From NCBI RefSeq assembly GCF_009834535.1, contig NC_045696.1, positions 99,884,001 through 99,948,000 on the forward strand: a DNA stretch of 64,000 nt. The letters are read 5' to 3'. The stretch is from Camelus ferus (Eukaryota). The position numbers were made by a program, and so were the translations under genes. Under the pieces are notes generated by a model. It saw only the letters and a list, made by a program, of their open reading frames with translations. It was not told the DNA's origin and did no database searches. Below are positions 52,846 through 64,000 of the stretch, one piece after another (position 1 is the first letter of the stretch; every line of letters starts with the position of its first letter).

Positions 52846-55800
52846 ATTCTGGCATAGCCACCTCACAGTTTGGGGAACAGGAAGTGTTTCTCCTAGTTTA
52901 GCAATTTGAGCAATCTTTCATATTGGCTAGTTAGTGAGCTTATAACATTAAGTGACCATTAATCTCCCTGGGTTTAGCTTCCTCATTTATTAGTTTAAGT
53001 GTCACTTGCTTAGTGTGGAGTGTCGGGAGACTCAGGTTCCCCTTTTTCTACCCTGAACTTTCTTAGCAAAAGGGACTTTATCTTAATACCACCTGGGTGA
53101 ATATGACAATTTGTAGGGCTTTGAATATTGAACAAACACAAGGAAATGAAAAATAAATGAAAAGGGAATGAGTGGGTGTCTGCAGTTGGATAGAAGTGGC
53201 ATGTAAAATGTTTAGGTCACAGAATAATCATCCTTCACATCTGTAAAGTAGGTTACGACTGTTCTTTCGGACTGAAGGGAGTGAAATAATACTGTACACA
53301 CTGTTCAATCAACAAGCACCAGTTAAACATCTTGTCCTGACGAGACAGGCCATGCCCTGGCCTTTGAGAGCCTAGAGAGCAAGTAGAGATGCAGGAAACC
53401 CATAAGAACTATCCCCTATCCACCTCTCCATCCTGCTGTCTAATGATCTCTCCCTCTTTGCTCTGTAACCCCCAGATCTTCATTCCCCTGAATGAGCCAA
53501 GCTTCCTCCCTACAGCCTCAGGACTTTCTGGGAGTAATAAAGCAACAAAACCAGGATAACTGACATAAAGATGAGTTTATGTTTCTTTGGTCTCTTTGGT
53601 TTACTTGCTAGGTTTGTAGAGCACTTGACCACCTCTCTCTCAGCTGGCTCAGTTGATGTATATCTATGTTTTTCTTCAAGGATTACTGTAAATGCTATCC
53701 CAGTGTGGTTCTGAGCATATTTGATTTCTTAAATCTAAAACACAGGAGTGGAACTTTATAGGAAGACTCTCTGTTACCAGCTTCCTTGCATTGATAACAG
53801 CCTCAGCCACCCCACGTCCACCCTCTGTCCTGGACGTATGGTGTACTGGTGCACTCCGATCCTCACCAACATCTTGGCCGCCTATGTACGTGAGCCCCTC
53901 TGTTTTCGCTCTGCTTGTCTTTTACCAAAACCACAGTTAAACAGATGAAATATTTTTGTCCTTAGATGTTAACCTCTTTTAAATGCATAAAATTTACCTG
54001 CAAACATAAGCTGAACAACATGGAGATTATTTACTTTGTGACTTATCTCAGCAATATTGTGTTCTCCACTCCCTGTGTCTAATTCCTCCCCTCCCAGGAG
54101 TCTAGGATCTAATTTTCATTACTCACAGGATGTGAGAGGCATAGAATGCTGGGACTGTTTTTAGAGCAGTAGCGTTTTTCTAAAATAATTAAGAACATGT
54201 ATCCCTATCTTGGAACTATAGGAAAAATGTTAACTGGCTTGTTTTGTGGCAATTAAGAAGAAAATTTGGATGAGTAATTCAAAGCTAGTTTTAGGATCTT
54301 CCAAATTTGAGGTGCTTCACCTGTGGGTTCCAGATTTTACATTAATACTTTTGGAAAGCAGTAAGATAGAAATTTCAGGACCCCCAAGAAATGGGTCAAA
54401 AGGGTTTCCTATATAAACTGTGGAGCCATAACGGGATATCACCTGCACTGTTCCTCCTTCTCCCTGGTGTTAGAGGTTTATGATTATCAAATATCCCAGA
54501 ACACAATGGATCTTATGGTATCTGGTAGAATAAAATTAACAGATAAATGGGTGTAATATGTGATGCCTTAATTTCCTCAGAAGTTCTCATTTAACAGATT
54601 AGGAAGAAGTATGTAATAATCAGATTGCAATTTGAAAGTTCTATATTTGTCCTGACATAATTATGATTCCAGTGGTACAATATATGACTTTCTTAGAGAC
54701 TTTTTTCCTTTAGGATAGGGTAAATATGATTTTCTATCTCTTGGAAGTTCTTCTGGGATTTGTTTCTTAAAAGGAGTAGGAGAAGGTACTATTTAAAAGT
54801 TACTATGTTAACTAACTAATTAATTAAACCAAGACACAGCGCAGTCATTTAAAAAACTGAGTAGCATTTTGTCTCATAATAGACCCATTAAGTTTGAGAA
54901 AACCACAAGATCTTTAAGACAGTAAAGAAGAGTGGACAGGGATGCACATGGTGGGTATCTTTTGTCCACAGGAGCTTTATTCATTCTACCTGGCACACAT
55001 ACAGGTCCAACTGTCACTTCACATTTTGCACCAGAGCATATGACACCACCTTTCATGCCTGAGATATTATGAATTGTGAAAAATTCAAAACCTACAGGAA
55101 AGTGAGGACCACCCAGATTTTGTTCTGCAGTGGTTTTGCCAACAGATACTTGTGCCCACAAATCTATAGTTTAAGACTCAAAATAATGAGACCAAGTAGG
55201 AAGGAAAAGGGTAAATATGAACAAATAAGCTTGTTTAAGAGTGTTTAGTTTCTCTTCCTTGGATTTTTGTGCAAGGAGGTAATTATCTCTGCCCTCATGA
55301 AAGGTAAATACTCTTATATTCGTAGTTGGTACTCATTTGGCAAGGACTCAGGAACTTACACTCCACTGCTTAAGAGCCTCCACCTGTTCATAATACGATG
55401 CAAAGCACTAGTGTATGAATTCCCTATCTTTCTAGCACATTCTTTATTTTTGAATTTCCCATGTTTAAACAACTAAATGCTAATAAGAAATTTATTTTAA
55501 ATTAGAACTAATTTTTCCATATCAGATATACAGATGTGCCCTCTAGAAACTATGGAATTTTCTTTCCAATTCAATGATTTGTTCACCAAAAAAAAAAAAA
55601 GTTTAATTTAAAAATAATACCTCCAGGTATTATTTAGGTTTATTCCCTGAAGTGAGTGCCTTTCTGATGTTGTAGGCAACGCAATAATGAAACAGTAGTC
55701 CCTTAAAATTTCCAAGTTGGTTAAAAGCCATAAAACTTTTTTAAAAAAAACAAAGCATATTACAGAGTAATCCTATGAGAAACAGTGGTTAAGTAAAAAC

Positions 55801-57475
55801 TTGAGCTGTTTAGTTCAGTGTGTTAATAAAGGGATACTATCCATTTCTACTACAACAGTGATTAGTTTTTAAGTTTTTGTATATCTTTTAAGATACTCTT
55901 AGAATATTTGAAGGTAATGGGTATGGATTTTAATATATAATCTTTGATCATAGAAATGTGTGTTGACAAAAGTAATCATGGCCCAATAGGCCATGTAATA
56001 TAAGAATTTGATCTCCTTTTTTAATAATGTAAGAATTTAGTCTCCTTTTTTAGTAGTTCTTCATATAATTGAACATAAAACACTAATATGGACTTTGAAA
56101 ACTTTTAGTATACTCTTGTTACATGTGTTTATTAGCTTATTGTTCACCTTCTTGAATAACTGCAGAAAAACATAAAATTTAATCTTTTTGTACCTTTGGT
56201 CTGAGGAGGTCCATAGCAGTTAGCTTCTGACCAGTTAATGCTAACAGGGATTATTATTGCTCTAAGAAAATCCGGGAAGTCAAAAAAACATATTTTTAAA
56301 TTTATCAGGGCCAAGAAAACCCATTATTGAAGTCCTTGAGTTTATTTAATTAAGAGGTGACTATAATTGGAATGTTCTTGAGAGTTTTAATATGTTGTTA
56401 AATTTTATGCTTGTAACAGGCAATGATAAATCAGTAATTTAGAAAAGGAGAGGTGGGATGTGGTTTCTTCTTGGGAACACCAGATTTTAGTTAAAGATAT
56501 GGAAGGTTCAGTTGACTTCTTTTTTATTTAACCATTTATAATAACACAGTAGAAGGAGTTAGTACTGGGACAGCAGAGACTGGAGAGGGGCTGGGAAGTG
56601 CAGTGCCTATTCATATCAACCTGTGGGTCCAAGATAAAACAATCAAGTAGCAAGTTTTTGCATCATGCAGTAACTGTAATTAACAGCCTTATAGGGGTGG
56701 GGATTTAAAGTGGAGAGATAGGAAAAAAGCAGTGACTGGATAGTAGTGGGAAAGACTAACATGGGATCAAGGCACTGGAAGGCAGAATTACTGAGTACAG
56801 TGTTTTTTATTATTGTTTTTCTGTAGAAATAAGCAACACGAAGTTTCAGTTGGATTACGTGGTGTTACAACTACTACAACCCCTGAGTGTATGTTTTTAG
56901 GTTCAAAGCATGTACTGATACACAAAACAGGGGGTCAGGCCTTCTCAAACTTGCTTTTCAAGCTGGGCAGAACATGCCCTCGGGATCTGGAATTTCCAGA
57001 GGTATTTGCAGTAGTGTGACCTGATACCTAATCTTTCTCCTTCTCATGCTGGACCATGCCTGCAGCCCAGCACTGAGGCTGCATGCTGGATCACATGCTC
57101 CTTGTAGGTTGTGTAGGTTGGAAGGCTCCAGTTTTTAACTTGGTGGGAGGGGAGACACTTAGGCTCACAGTGTTTCTTTCTGGCTTTCAGCCTCATTGAG
57201 CCCCCTCCTCCCAAGGTTTTTAGACATGGTCTACCATCCTAGACTGACCAACAACTTGTAAGATCCTACTCAGAAACATATCAGTGGGGAATGGAGTTAA
57301 GACCAAGAAGTTTAAATGACCAGATTCTGGAAGACTGGATGAGTAGAGGGGTATCTTATGTGTAGCTTCACACTTAGATTGCTTCACAGTATCTTGTTTC
57401 AACAGTGATATTTGACCTATATATTTATAGACAATGTATTAACATCACGTCTTCTTTTTCAGAACTACTTAAAGC

Positions 57476-57488
57476 ATGAACAAACAAA
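57476..57488 (+). CDS. PLSCR1: PLSCR1 exon 2 coding part (MNKQ + first base of N); whole exon 57463-57488
   Basis: tttttcag|AACTACTTAAAGCATGAACAAACAAA|gtaagt; 26-nt exon; human PLSCR1 starts MDKQN. Confidence 0.88.
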
Positions 57489-60139
57489 GTAAGTAATTTA
57501 AGTGTTTACTTTCTTCCTAAAATGTTACATCCTTTGTTAATGTGTTATTTGTCATAATGCTTTAAATTCAGTTTCCAAAAGAATATAATTTGCTTTGTGA
57601 TGTTAATACTCCAGAGTCCTAACTCTGGGCCAATGTTTTGACTGCAGAGAAGATGTATACAAATACTCACTACCACTAATTTTTCACTTAAATATAAAAA
57701 AGTCTTAGATAAACCTAAGGAATTTTAGGCTTATTGGGAAATATGTTGTATAATTTGTATTCCATTTCATCCAGATCATTTCCTTTTTCAGTGTGTATCT
57801 TACATACATGAAGACTATTCAAATCATATTAATTAACAGACAATGAATTTAATATGCCAGTACCTTGTAATAAAATCCTCACATACATCCCCAATATATA
57901 TTTTATAACATACACATGTGAATAGGTTTAAATAAATACAGATATTTATGTTCTGGCTCTTTTTCTCAAGATTATTCTAAATAAGATGGGTATTGACAAA
58001 ACATAATTAAAGACTCTGTCTTTTAAAAAAATCTAAGGTTCTGAAGAGAAAAAAATACACACGGAGAAAATATGAAAAACAAAATCTTGTTTTCTGAAGA
58101 ATTTCTATTCTCCACTTATCTCTGTTTAAATAGCCAAAGAAATGTTTATCTTTACTACAACTGCAGCCTTGTTATATATATTAGGTACTCTTTAGGACCA
58201 GAAAACTCAACTTTCCTTCATGAAGTGTCATGATCTTCTCTTAATATTTGCTATATTAATTTAATTTTATTAAGAAAACTCAAAGATTTTTAAATGTAAA
58301 TTTGTATAGTATTAAGCTATTTTCTTTGCTGTAAGCTTTGGGATGTTTCAGATCACTTAACAAAAATTCACTGGGCCATGGATACAATTACCTTTTAACT
58401 CTTCAGCTTCCTGTCTATATAAATGTATGTGTTTGTATGTATCTGTGTGCATAAATAGAAACAATGTATATATGTATGTAAATATGCATAGAGAAATAAT
58501 AAAATAACTTGTCAGCAATATGAAAGTCCTGTAGTCATAAATTATTTTAAGTTGCATTTCACAAATGCAGAAATCAATCTGTAATTCATATGCTCTTCGG
58601 TCTACTTGACCCCTTGACCATTCACTTATGTTCTCTTTGTATGAAGTCACCATGGAATTTCTGAAATCATGATCATTGCTCTGATACCAAATCCCAGAGC
58701 TTATGAGCTCCTAATTTCATGAATCTGTCATATGTGTGGATATCTACTATTGTTCAAATAGTAGATACCAGTTAAGAGTCCCAAAATGTGACATGCCATT
58801 TAAGGAAGGGTCTTTAAGTCAGATTTGCAGTGCTTTTCCCTGAGAACTATTGAGTCTGATCCTGTTATTTCCAATTCAGGTTGGGAGTAGGGGGCTGTGG
58901 GCAAAGCCTTGAGAGCTGGAGAAGTAGGAGCTTGGCCACTCACCTGAAGCAAAGAATCAGAAGGGGTGGTTGGGATGGAAGACTTGTGATACTGCAGAGA
59001 CGTGCGGTAATTCGGAATACGCTGCAGTGTCTGTAGAAGGAAAAGCCCTGGCTGAAGTGGAGGATTCTCTGTTGCTTGCATTTGAACAGTGTCCCTGGAC
59101 TCCATTCTGCTCAAGTTGTTATGAAGCCAACAGACTGGAGGAGAAAGGGGGTTGGGGCACAGTTCAGCCTTCCTGTTGAACCCACATGAGTTGAGTGGCC
59201 TTTGAAGGCCCAGGGTAGAGAAAAACACAAGAAATGTGTCAGATTGAAAGTCTGACCAACATTTTGTTCTGTACTGATGCCGTGTCCTCATGATTCAAAA
59301 AGAAACAATTCTGAATTTACAGTTAATAAGCCATGGGAATGAGAGGAGAACAAGGTGTTAAGTGTTGTGTCCACCTGACCACAGATTCCACGACGGCAGA
59401 GCCGGCATTGCCATAGAGCCCACTCGGGGACAGAGATGCTCAGTAAATATTTTCTGGCTGGGGTGGTTGCTAAAGGAATGACTGGAGAAACACAAATATG
59501 AAAACTAGGAAACTGAACCATTTGTGTAGATATTAAGATTATTCAAACCACATTGATTAGCAGCTAACAAAACTTAATATGCTTCTTTACTGTAATAAGG
59601 TCAGTTAGGATTTTTATTGGTCAAAATCGGTCAAATATTGGGATTTCCCAAACTTAATGGGCTAGTTCCAGAGTCAGCATAAAAAGGATATTTAAATATT
59701 GAATTATGTGTATTGTTTTAAATATTTAAAACATAGGTCTTACATCAGTGATTATAGATATCTTTAAAATCACCTATAGTCCATTACCACCCCCACATCC
59801 AGCTAGTTTCAGTCATCTCTTTCTTTACAACTTATATATAGTTTTAAAACAATCTTTTTTCTAATACCAACAAAAACCAAGTATGGAAAAGAATATGTTC
59901 ATCAGGCATATTTGAAAACTAGAAATTCAGCCCCAGTAACTTAGCTGCCTATTTTCTCCAAAGGGAATTTGTTTGAGACAAACTGATAACAGGCACAACT
60001 TTTGTCAGCGGAAGAATTCGCTTTATCTATTTCAATACACACAATAGCGTATAAATGAAAACTACTTAAGGACAGTGCATTTTTCTTTCTAGTATGTATT
60101 GTTTAAGCAGATGAATGTTTACCTCTCCTTGATTTGCAG

Positions 60140-60220
60140 ATGCTCAAATGAATGCTCCTTACCCAGGAACACATTTACCAGCTGGGTATCCCCCTGAATA
60201 TCCTTCGGCAGCATATCCAG
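60140..60220 (+). CDS. PLSCR1: PLSCR1 exon 3 (NAQMNAPYPGTHLPAGYPPEYPSAAYPG)
   Basis: ttgcag|ATGCTCAAATG...TATCCAG|gtaaaa; 81 nt, phase 1 to phase 1; resembles human NSQMNASHPETNLPVGYPPQYPPTAFQG. Confidence 0.9.
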
Positions 60221-61169
60221 GTAAAACATTGGCCTGAAAAGTAAAAAACCAAAATGTATCAATTACTGATATTCCCCAAAGGGTGTGTGTGTCTGTCTGT
60301 CTCAGTATTTCTTTTAGTAGTGTCTTTTACTGAAGTGAGATAATGAAATTGGCAGCCTAGTTCTTGATTTTTTTCCTTTGACTATATATTATCATATCAT
60401 TAACATATTTTTTATTTATACAGGATAGTAAAGATGTAGTGTTAATAAAAACAGTAGTGAGTTGACATTTAGGAAATAAAATATAAGGTTGTACATATAT
60501 TACATCCCAAAATACACATATTAATAAAAGATTTTATTGATTCTCCATTTGTTTTGAAAATTATGGGCATGCAGTCACATTTAGGAGATTTATCTCCCGG
60601 TGTTTTTGAGTCATTTATTATCTGGGGTTAATTGTATTCAGTGATTGTCATGCAAAAGAGATGACTGCTTAAATCTGGAAGCTGGAAGCTGTATAAACGT
60701 AGCCACCTGGGATCATTCTCATTTTTATTTTGTAACATACAAAATGTGAAAGCTTTGCTTTTCTATACATGCTCAATCACACCTTGCCTTTCTAAGAAAA
60801 GTAACTGAGTCATATTGCTACATATCAGGGAATACGTCATTTCTTTTGAACCACTGCAGAGAAGACTTCAGAGATTTTCATTTAGACAAATGCCGTTATC
60901 AACATTACCATAACTTTACCAAATGGCAAAATTCATGGTGTACCCAGATTTCCAAATAGGCAGGCTACCCACATCTTGAGGGACTGTCCTAGGGATTTAG
61001 GATCAAAAGGAATCTGGTTTGTATGCATTTTGTATTCTACTCAGAGCAAACAAATGTGCTTGGGTGCTGAATGGCTTGTTTAGTTGTCTAGCCAGAAACC
61101 TCTCAGTGGGGCCTGGATCTCATCCAGATGTTTGCATTTAAAAGAATGTGAAGTAGAAAGATTCCAGGG

Positions 61170-61337
61170 CTCTAAGGTGCCTATACTTAAGTATTTACTT
61201 GTAAACTGTTGAAAACACTAGTACCAGGGCACCATCCAGGAAAACTGAAGCAGAAGCTCTGGTTCTGGGACTCCGGTATTGGTAATTTGTTAATGTCCCA
61301 GGCGATCCTAATGTGTAGCCAGGGCTGAGAACTACTG
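61170..61337. mobile_element. MER5-type hAT-Charlie relic
   Basis: ..CCCCAGGCGATCCTAATGTGTAGCCAGGGCTGAGAACTACTG terminus. Confidence 0.65.
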
Positions 61338-61529
61338 CTCTAAATTTTTATATGGTTGGTGTCTGGAGAATTGTTAGCAAGTCTATACTGTGCGTCCAAG
61401 GCACTTGGAGTATGTTTTAATCCACCCATAGCTAAATAATAGCAGGTGATATATAAGAGGAAATAGCTCAGTTTCATTTCTCAAGTCCAAGGCCAATATA
61501 GCAGAGGTCTTTTATGACAATAATGCTAA

Positions 61530-61855
61530 CAATAGTGATGGATTAAAATTGAGAATTTAGGTGCCTAATGTGGATTAACTCATTTAATTCTCAGTCTTCT
61601 GGGGTAAATGCTATTAATTAATCCTCATTATGCAAGTGAGAAAACAGGCAGAGAGAGGCTGGATCAGGCTTCCAGTTCTCGCTTCTGCATTTAATAGTTG
61701 TGTGTTGGTTTTAAGCAAGTTGCTGTACCTCCAAGCCTCGGTTCTTATCTACAAAATGGGCATAATATTTCCTAATTCAGGTGGTTTGGAGATTAAATAA
61801 GAGTATGTGTAAAACACCTAGCACAATGCTTTATAATTAATAAATGACATACTTG
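61530..61855. mobile_element. Two adjacent MIR fragments in opposite orientation
   Basis: About 61530-61660 reverse (CTCATTTAATTCTCA..GTGAGAAAACAGGCAGAGAGAGG); about 61660-61855 forward (GCCTCGGTT..ATCTACAAAATGGGCATAATA..GAGATTAAATAAG..CTAGCACAATGC). Confidence 0.65.
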
Positions 61856-62139
61856 CTGACTAATACATTAATAATGTGTTAAATCAATTGGTAAATCGAA
61901 ATATTACCCAAATTCAGGTAATTCCATATGTTTAATTCATTGATTTGGAAAATAATCAATTATCCACTCAAAGAATTTTGTGAGGATTTAATAATGCTAA
62001 TAGTATAACAAATTAATTCACATCTCCTCACTCTCACAGGTTTGCTTGTGGTTTGATCTTTGCACTGTAGCGAATGATGTTTAAAAGTACATACCTGTAT
62101 AATAACATATATCACAGATAGTACTCAGTGGATATGTCA

Positions 62140-62560
62140 TTGGCTTCCTCTTGCTTTCAGGATAAAGATCAAAATGCTTAGTTTGGTCCACCATACCCAA
62201 GGGGCTCCTCTGCCTTCTCCTTAACTGTTTCTTAAGTCTGTCTCTCTTCTGTTCAGGGAAACTGGCCTTTTTTCAGATTTTTTTTAAAGGTCTTTTGTTT
62301 GTTACTATCCCAGGACTTCTTTCTGAAATGTTCCTTCTCTGGCACTGGTCTGCTCAGCTCCTTTGTGTCCATTAGATCTCAGCTGAACGTGGTCCTCAGG
62401 GAGGCTGTCCCAACTCCCTCCCTTTCTCTCTCCCCATCCAAACATAGTCATAAAGCCCCGGTCCCTCCCTTCAAAGCACTTGTCTCTGATTCTAGTTAAT
62501 CATGTAATCCCATTGGTGTCGCCAGGCCTTGCCAAATATGCCTTGAGGGGAAAAAACTAC
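62140..62560 (+). mobile_element. LINE-2 fragment
   Basis: TGGCTTCCTCTTGCTTTCAGGATAAAGATCAAAATGCTTA..AGATCTCAGCTGAACG..CTCAGGGAGGC. Confidence 0.55.
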
Positions 62561-63025
62561 TGTCAATTCTATTTATATAGGAAATGTCATTTGTTAGAAT
62601 TCTAGAATTATAATTTTTTACAGAGTGGTTTGGTCCTAGAAATGCTGGCTTACAGCCTTTATTTTGGGCTTTCTACTCAGTGGCATCTCTCTTTTCCAGG
62701 AAGGCGTTCCAAAGTTTTTATGTACATGACTCAAGGTCACTCTTGATTTTCTTTCACTTTCTTAGATTTCAAGAATATTTGCATCTGAGTTTTGAGTGAA
62801 ACGTTTAAGATTGTGGGCCAACTCTATTCATAGTCTAAATAGAAGTGGATGTGAAGCCACAGGTATTTCATTGAAAAATCACTGAAAGATAAAAATACAA
62901 ACCTTAAGCTTCTCAGAAACAGAATTTCTGAGTGTAAATTGTAGTTTGCAGATAACTAGGATAATCCTAAGTTTAAGTTTGCATTTTTCTCTGCAGTTAC
63001 AATATTTCACATATTCATATTTCAG

Positions 63026-63291
63026 GACCTCCAGGATCTACTGGGTACCCTGCTCCCCAGCTTGGCTACCCTGCTCCCCAGCCTGACTACCCTGCTCCCC
63101 AGGCTGACTACCCTGCTCCACAGCCTGGCTATTCCGTCCCACCAGCTGGCTATTCAGGTGGTGGCCCAGTCGGCTTTCCTGTCCAACACCAGCCAATGTC
63201 TTATCAGTCAGGTGGGCCTGCAGGGGTACCGTGGATGCCAGCACCACCACCTCCATCAAACTGTCCACCTGGATTGGAATATTTAAGTCAG
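63026..63291 (+). CDS. PLSCR1: PLSCR1 exon 4 (Pro/Tyr-rich region to PPGLEYLSQ); gene continues beyond the window
   Basis: tttcag|GACCTCCAGGA...AGTCAG|gtattt; 266 nt; GPPGSTGYPAPQLGYPAPQPDYPAPQADYPAPQPGYSVPPAGYSGGGPVGFPVQHQPMSYQSGGPAGVPWMPAPPPPSNCPPGLEYLSQ; exons 2-4 total 360 nt = 120 codons. Confidence 0.93.
63046..63150 (+). repeat. Coding 21-bp tandem repeat (4 conserved units + 1 degenerate)
   Basis: TACCCTGCTCC(C/A)CAG + 6 variable bases at 63046, 63067, 63088, 63109; degenerate unit at 63130. Confidence 0.95.
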
Positions 63292-63514
63292 GTATTTCAA
63301 ATACATAAGAGTCTAAAAACAAACCTGTGCTTCCAGTTTACTTAATGAGATTAACAATTGACTAATTCACTTAAGTCTGAAATGGTGAAACTATTCTTTT
63401 GTTGTTACTAACAAATTAATTCTTCTAGGTCAGATTTACTTTTAAAGCAAAATGCAAATGTCTTAGGAAATTATATTTTCTATGATCTTGAGTATAATTT
63501 GCAATAATAGACAA

Positions 63515-63760
63515 TAACAAGCCTTTATTAAGCACTATTTTCTAGGCTTTGTTCCTAAGTATAATACATGTGTTAACTCAGTTAATCCTTTAGAAACTCT
63601 ATGATGTGTAGTTGCTATAATTATCATTTTACAGAAGAGAAACTGAGGCCTAGTGAAGTTACATAATTTGCTCAGCATCAAAATGCAGAGGAAGTGGGAA
63701 TGGCTTTTTACTTCTGGAACCTTGGTTCTAGATCCTGTGCCTTTTAATCCCAACACTGAA
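63515..63760 (-). mobile_element. MIR SINE
   Basis: TTTATTAAGCACTA..TTAACTCAGTTAATCCT..CATTTTACAGAAGAGAAACTGAGGC..AATTTGCTCAGCATCA. Confidence 0.8.
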
Positions 63761-64000
63761 TAATTTCCTAGGAGTTGGAAAGAAACTCAAACTCAGTTTA
63801 GTGTTGATTTTTCAAAAGTGGTACTAAAAAAGGAGTTAATAATTTATGTATAATTTGGCCCACCTTTTATTATAATTAATAAATTTACACTTTTATGTTG
63901 CTTTTGTTCTTGGAAGACACAGTTTTATTAATGCTACCAAAAAGAAAAAAAATATTCCTGGATTTTAACATACTCCATGATAGCGTATCTCAGCAATGTG

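Noticed and set aside
58800..59521. 163-aa and 77-aa antisense ORFs in PLSCR1 intron 2
   Set aside because: No recognisable domain or splice support; probably chance ORFs, possibly within an old repeat.
63046..63150. CRISPR-like array or RNA polymerase II CTD homology
   Set aside because: No spacers and a mammalian coding context; shares only 7-residue Tyr periodicity with YSPTSPS and lacks its serines.
63038..63322. Repeat-containing ORFs 63038-63322 (-) and 63062-63286 (+)
   Set aside because: Shadow frames of the PLSCR1 exon-4 repeat; the true frame is fixed by the splice sites.

Overview
AT-rich mammalian genomic DNA, probably camelid, judged from a Vic-1-like tRNA-derived SINE. The window covers part of the phospholipid scramblase cluster, with both genes on the + strand. 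(1) A complete PLSCR5: 7 coding exons from 2898 to 21072 splice in frame to 266 aa, and a probable 87-nt intron lies in the 3'UTR. (2) About 30 kb downstream, the 5' half of PLSCR1 (or its close paralog PLSCR2): a CpG-island promoter, a non-coding exon 1 with an ISRE, and coding exons 2-4 (120 aa); the gene runs off the window. Most of the rest is transposon relics (L1, L2, MIR, MER5, Tigger1, MLT1, ERV1 LTRs). I found no new gene system I can support. Best leads: an intact MER41-like solo LTR with an exact ATTA target-site duplication and a STAT-type palindrome about 1.2 kb upstream of the ISRE, a 21-bp coding repeat expansion (YPAPQxx) in the PLSCR1 N-terminus, and a PLSCR5 3'UTR intron just inside the NMD-escape distance. 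Repeat-family names and human comparisons come from memory, not from database searches.
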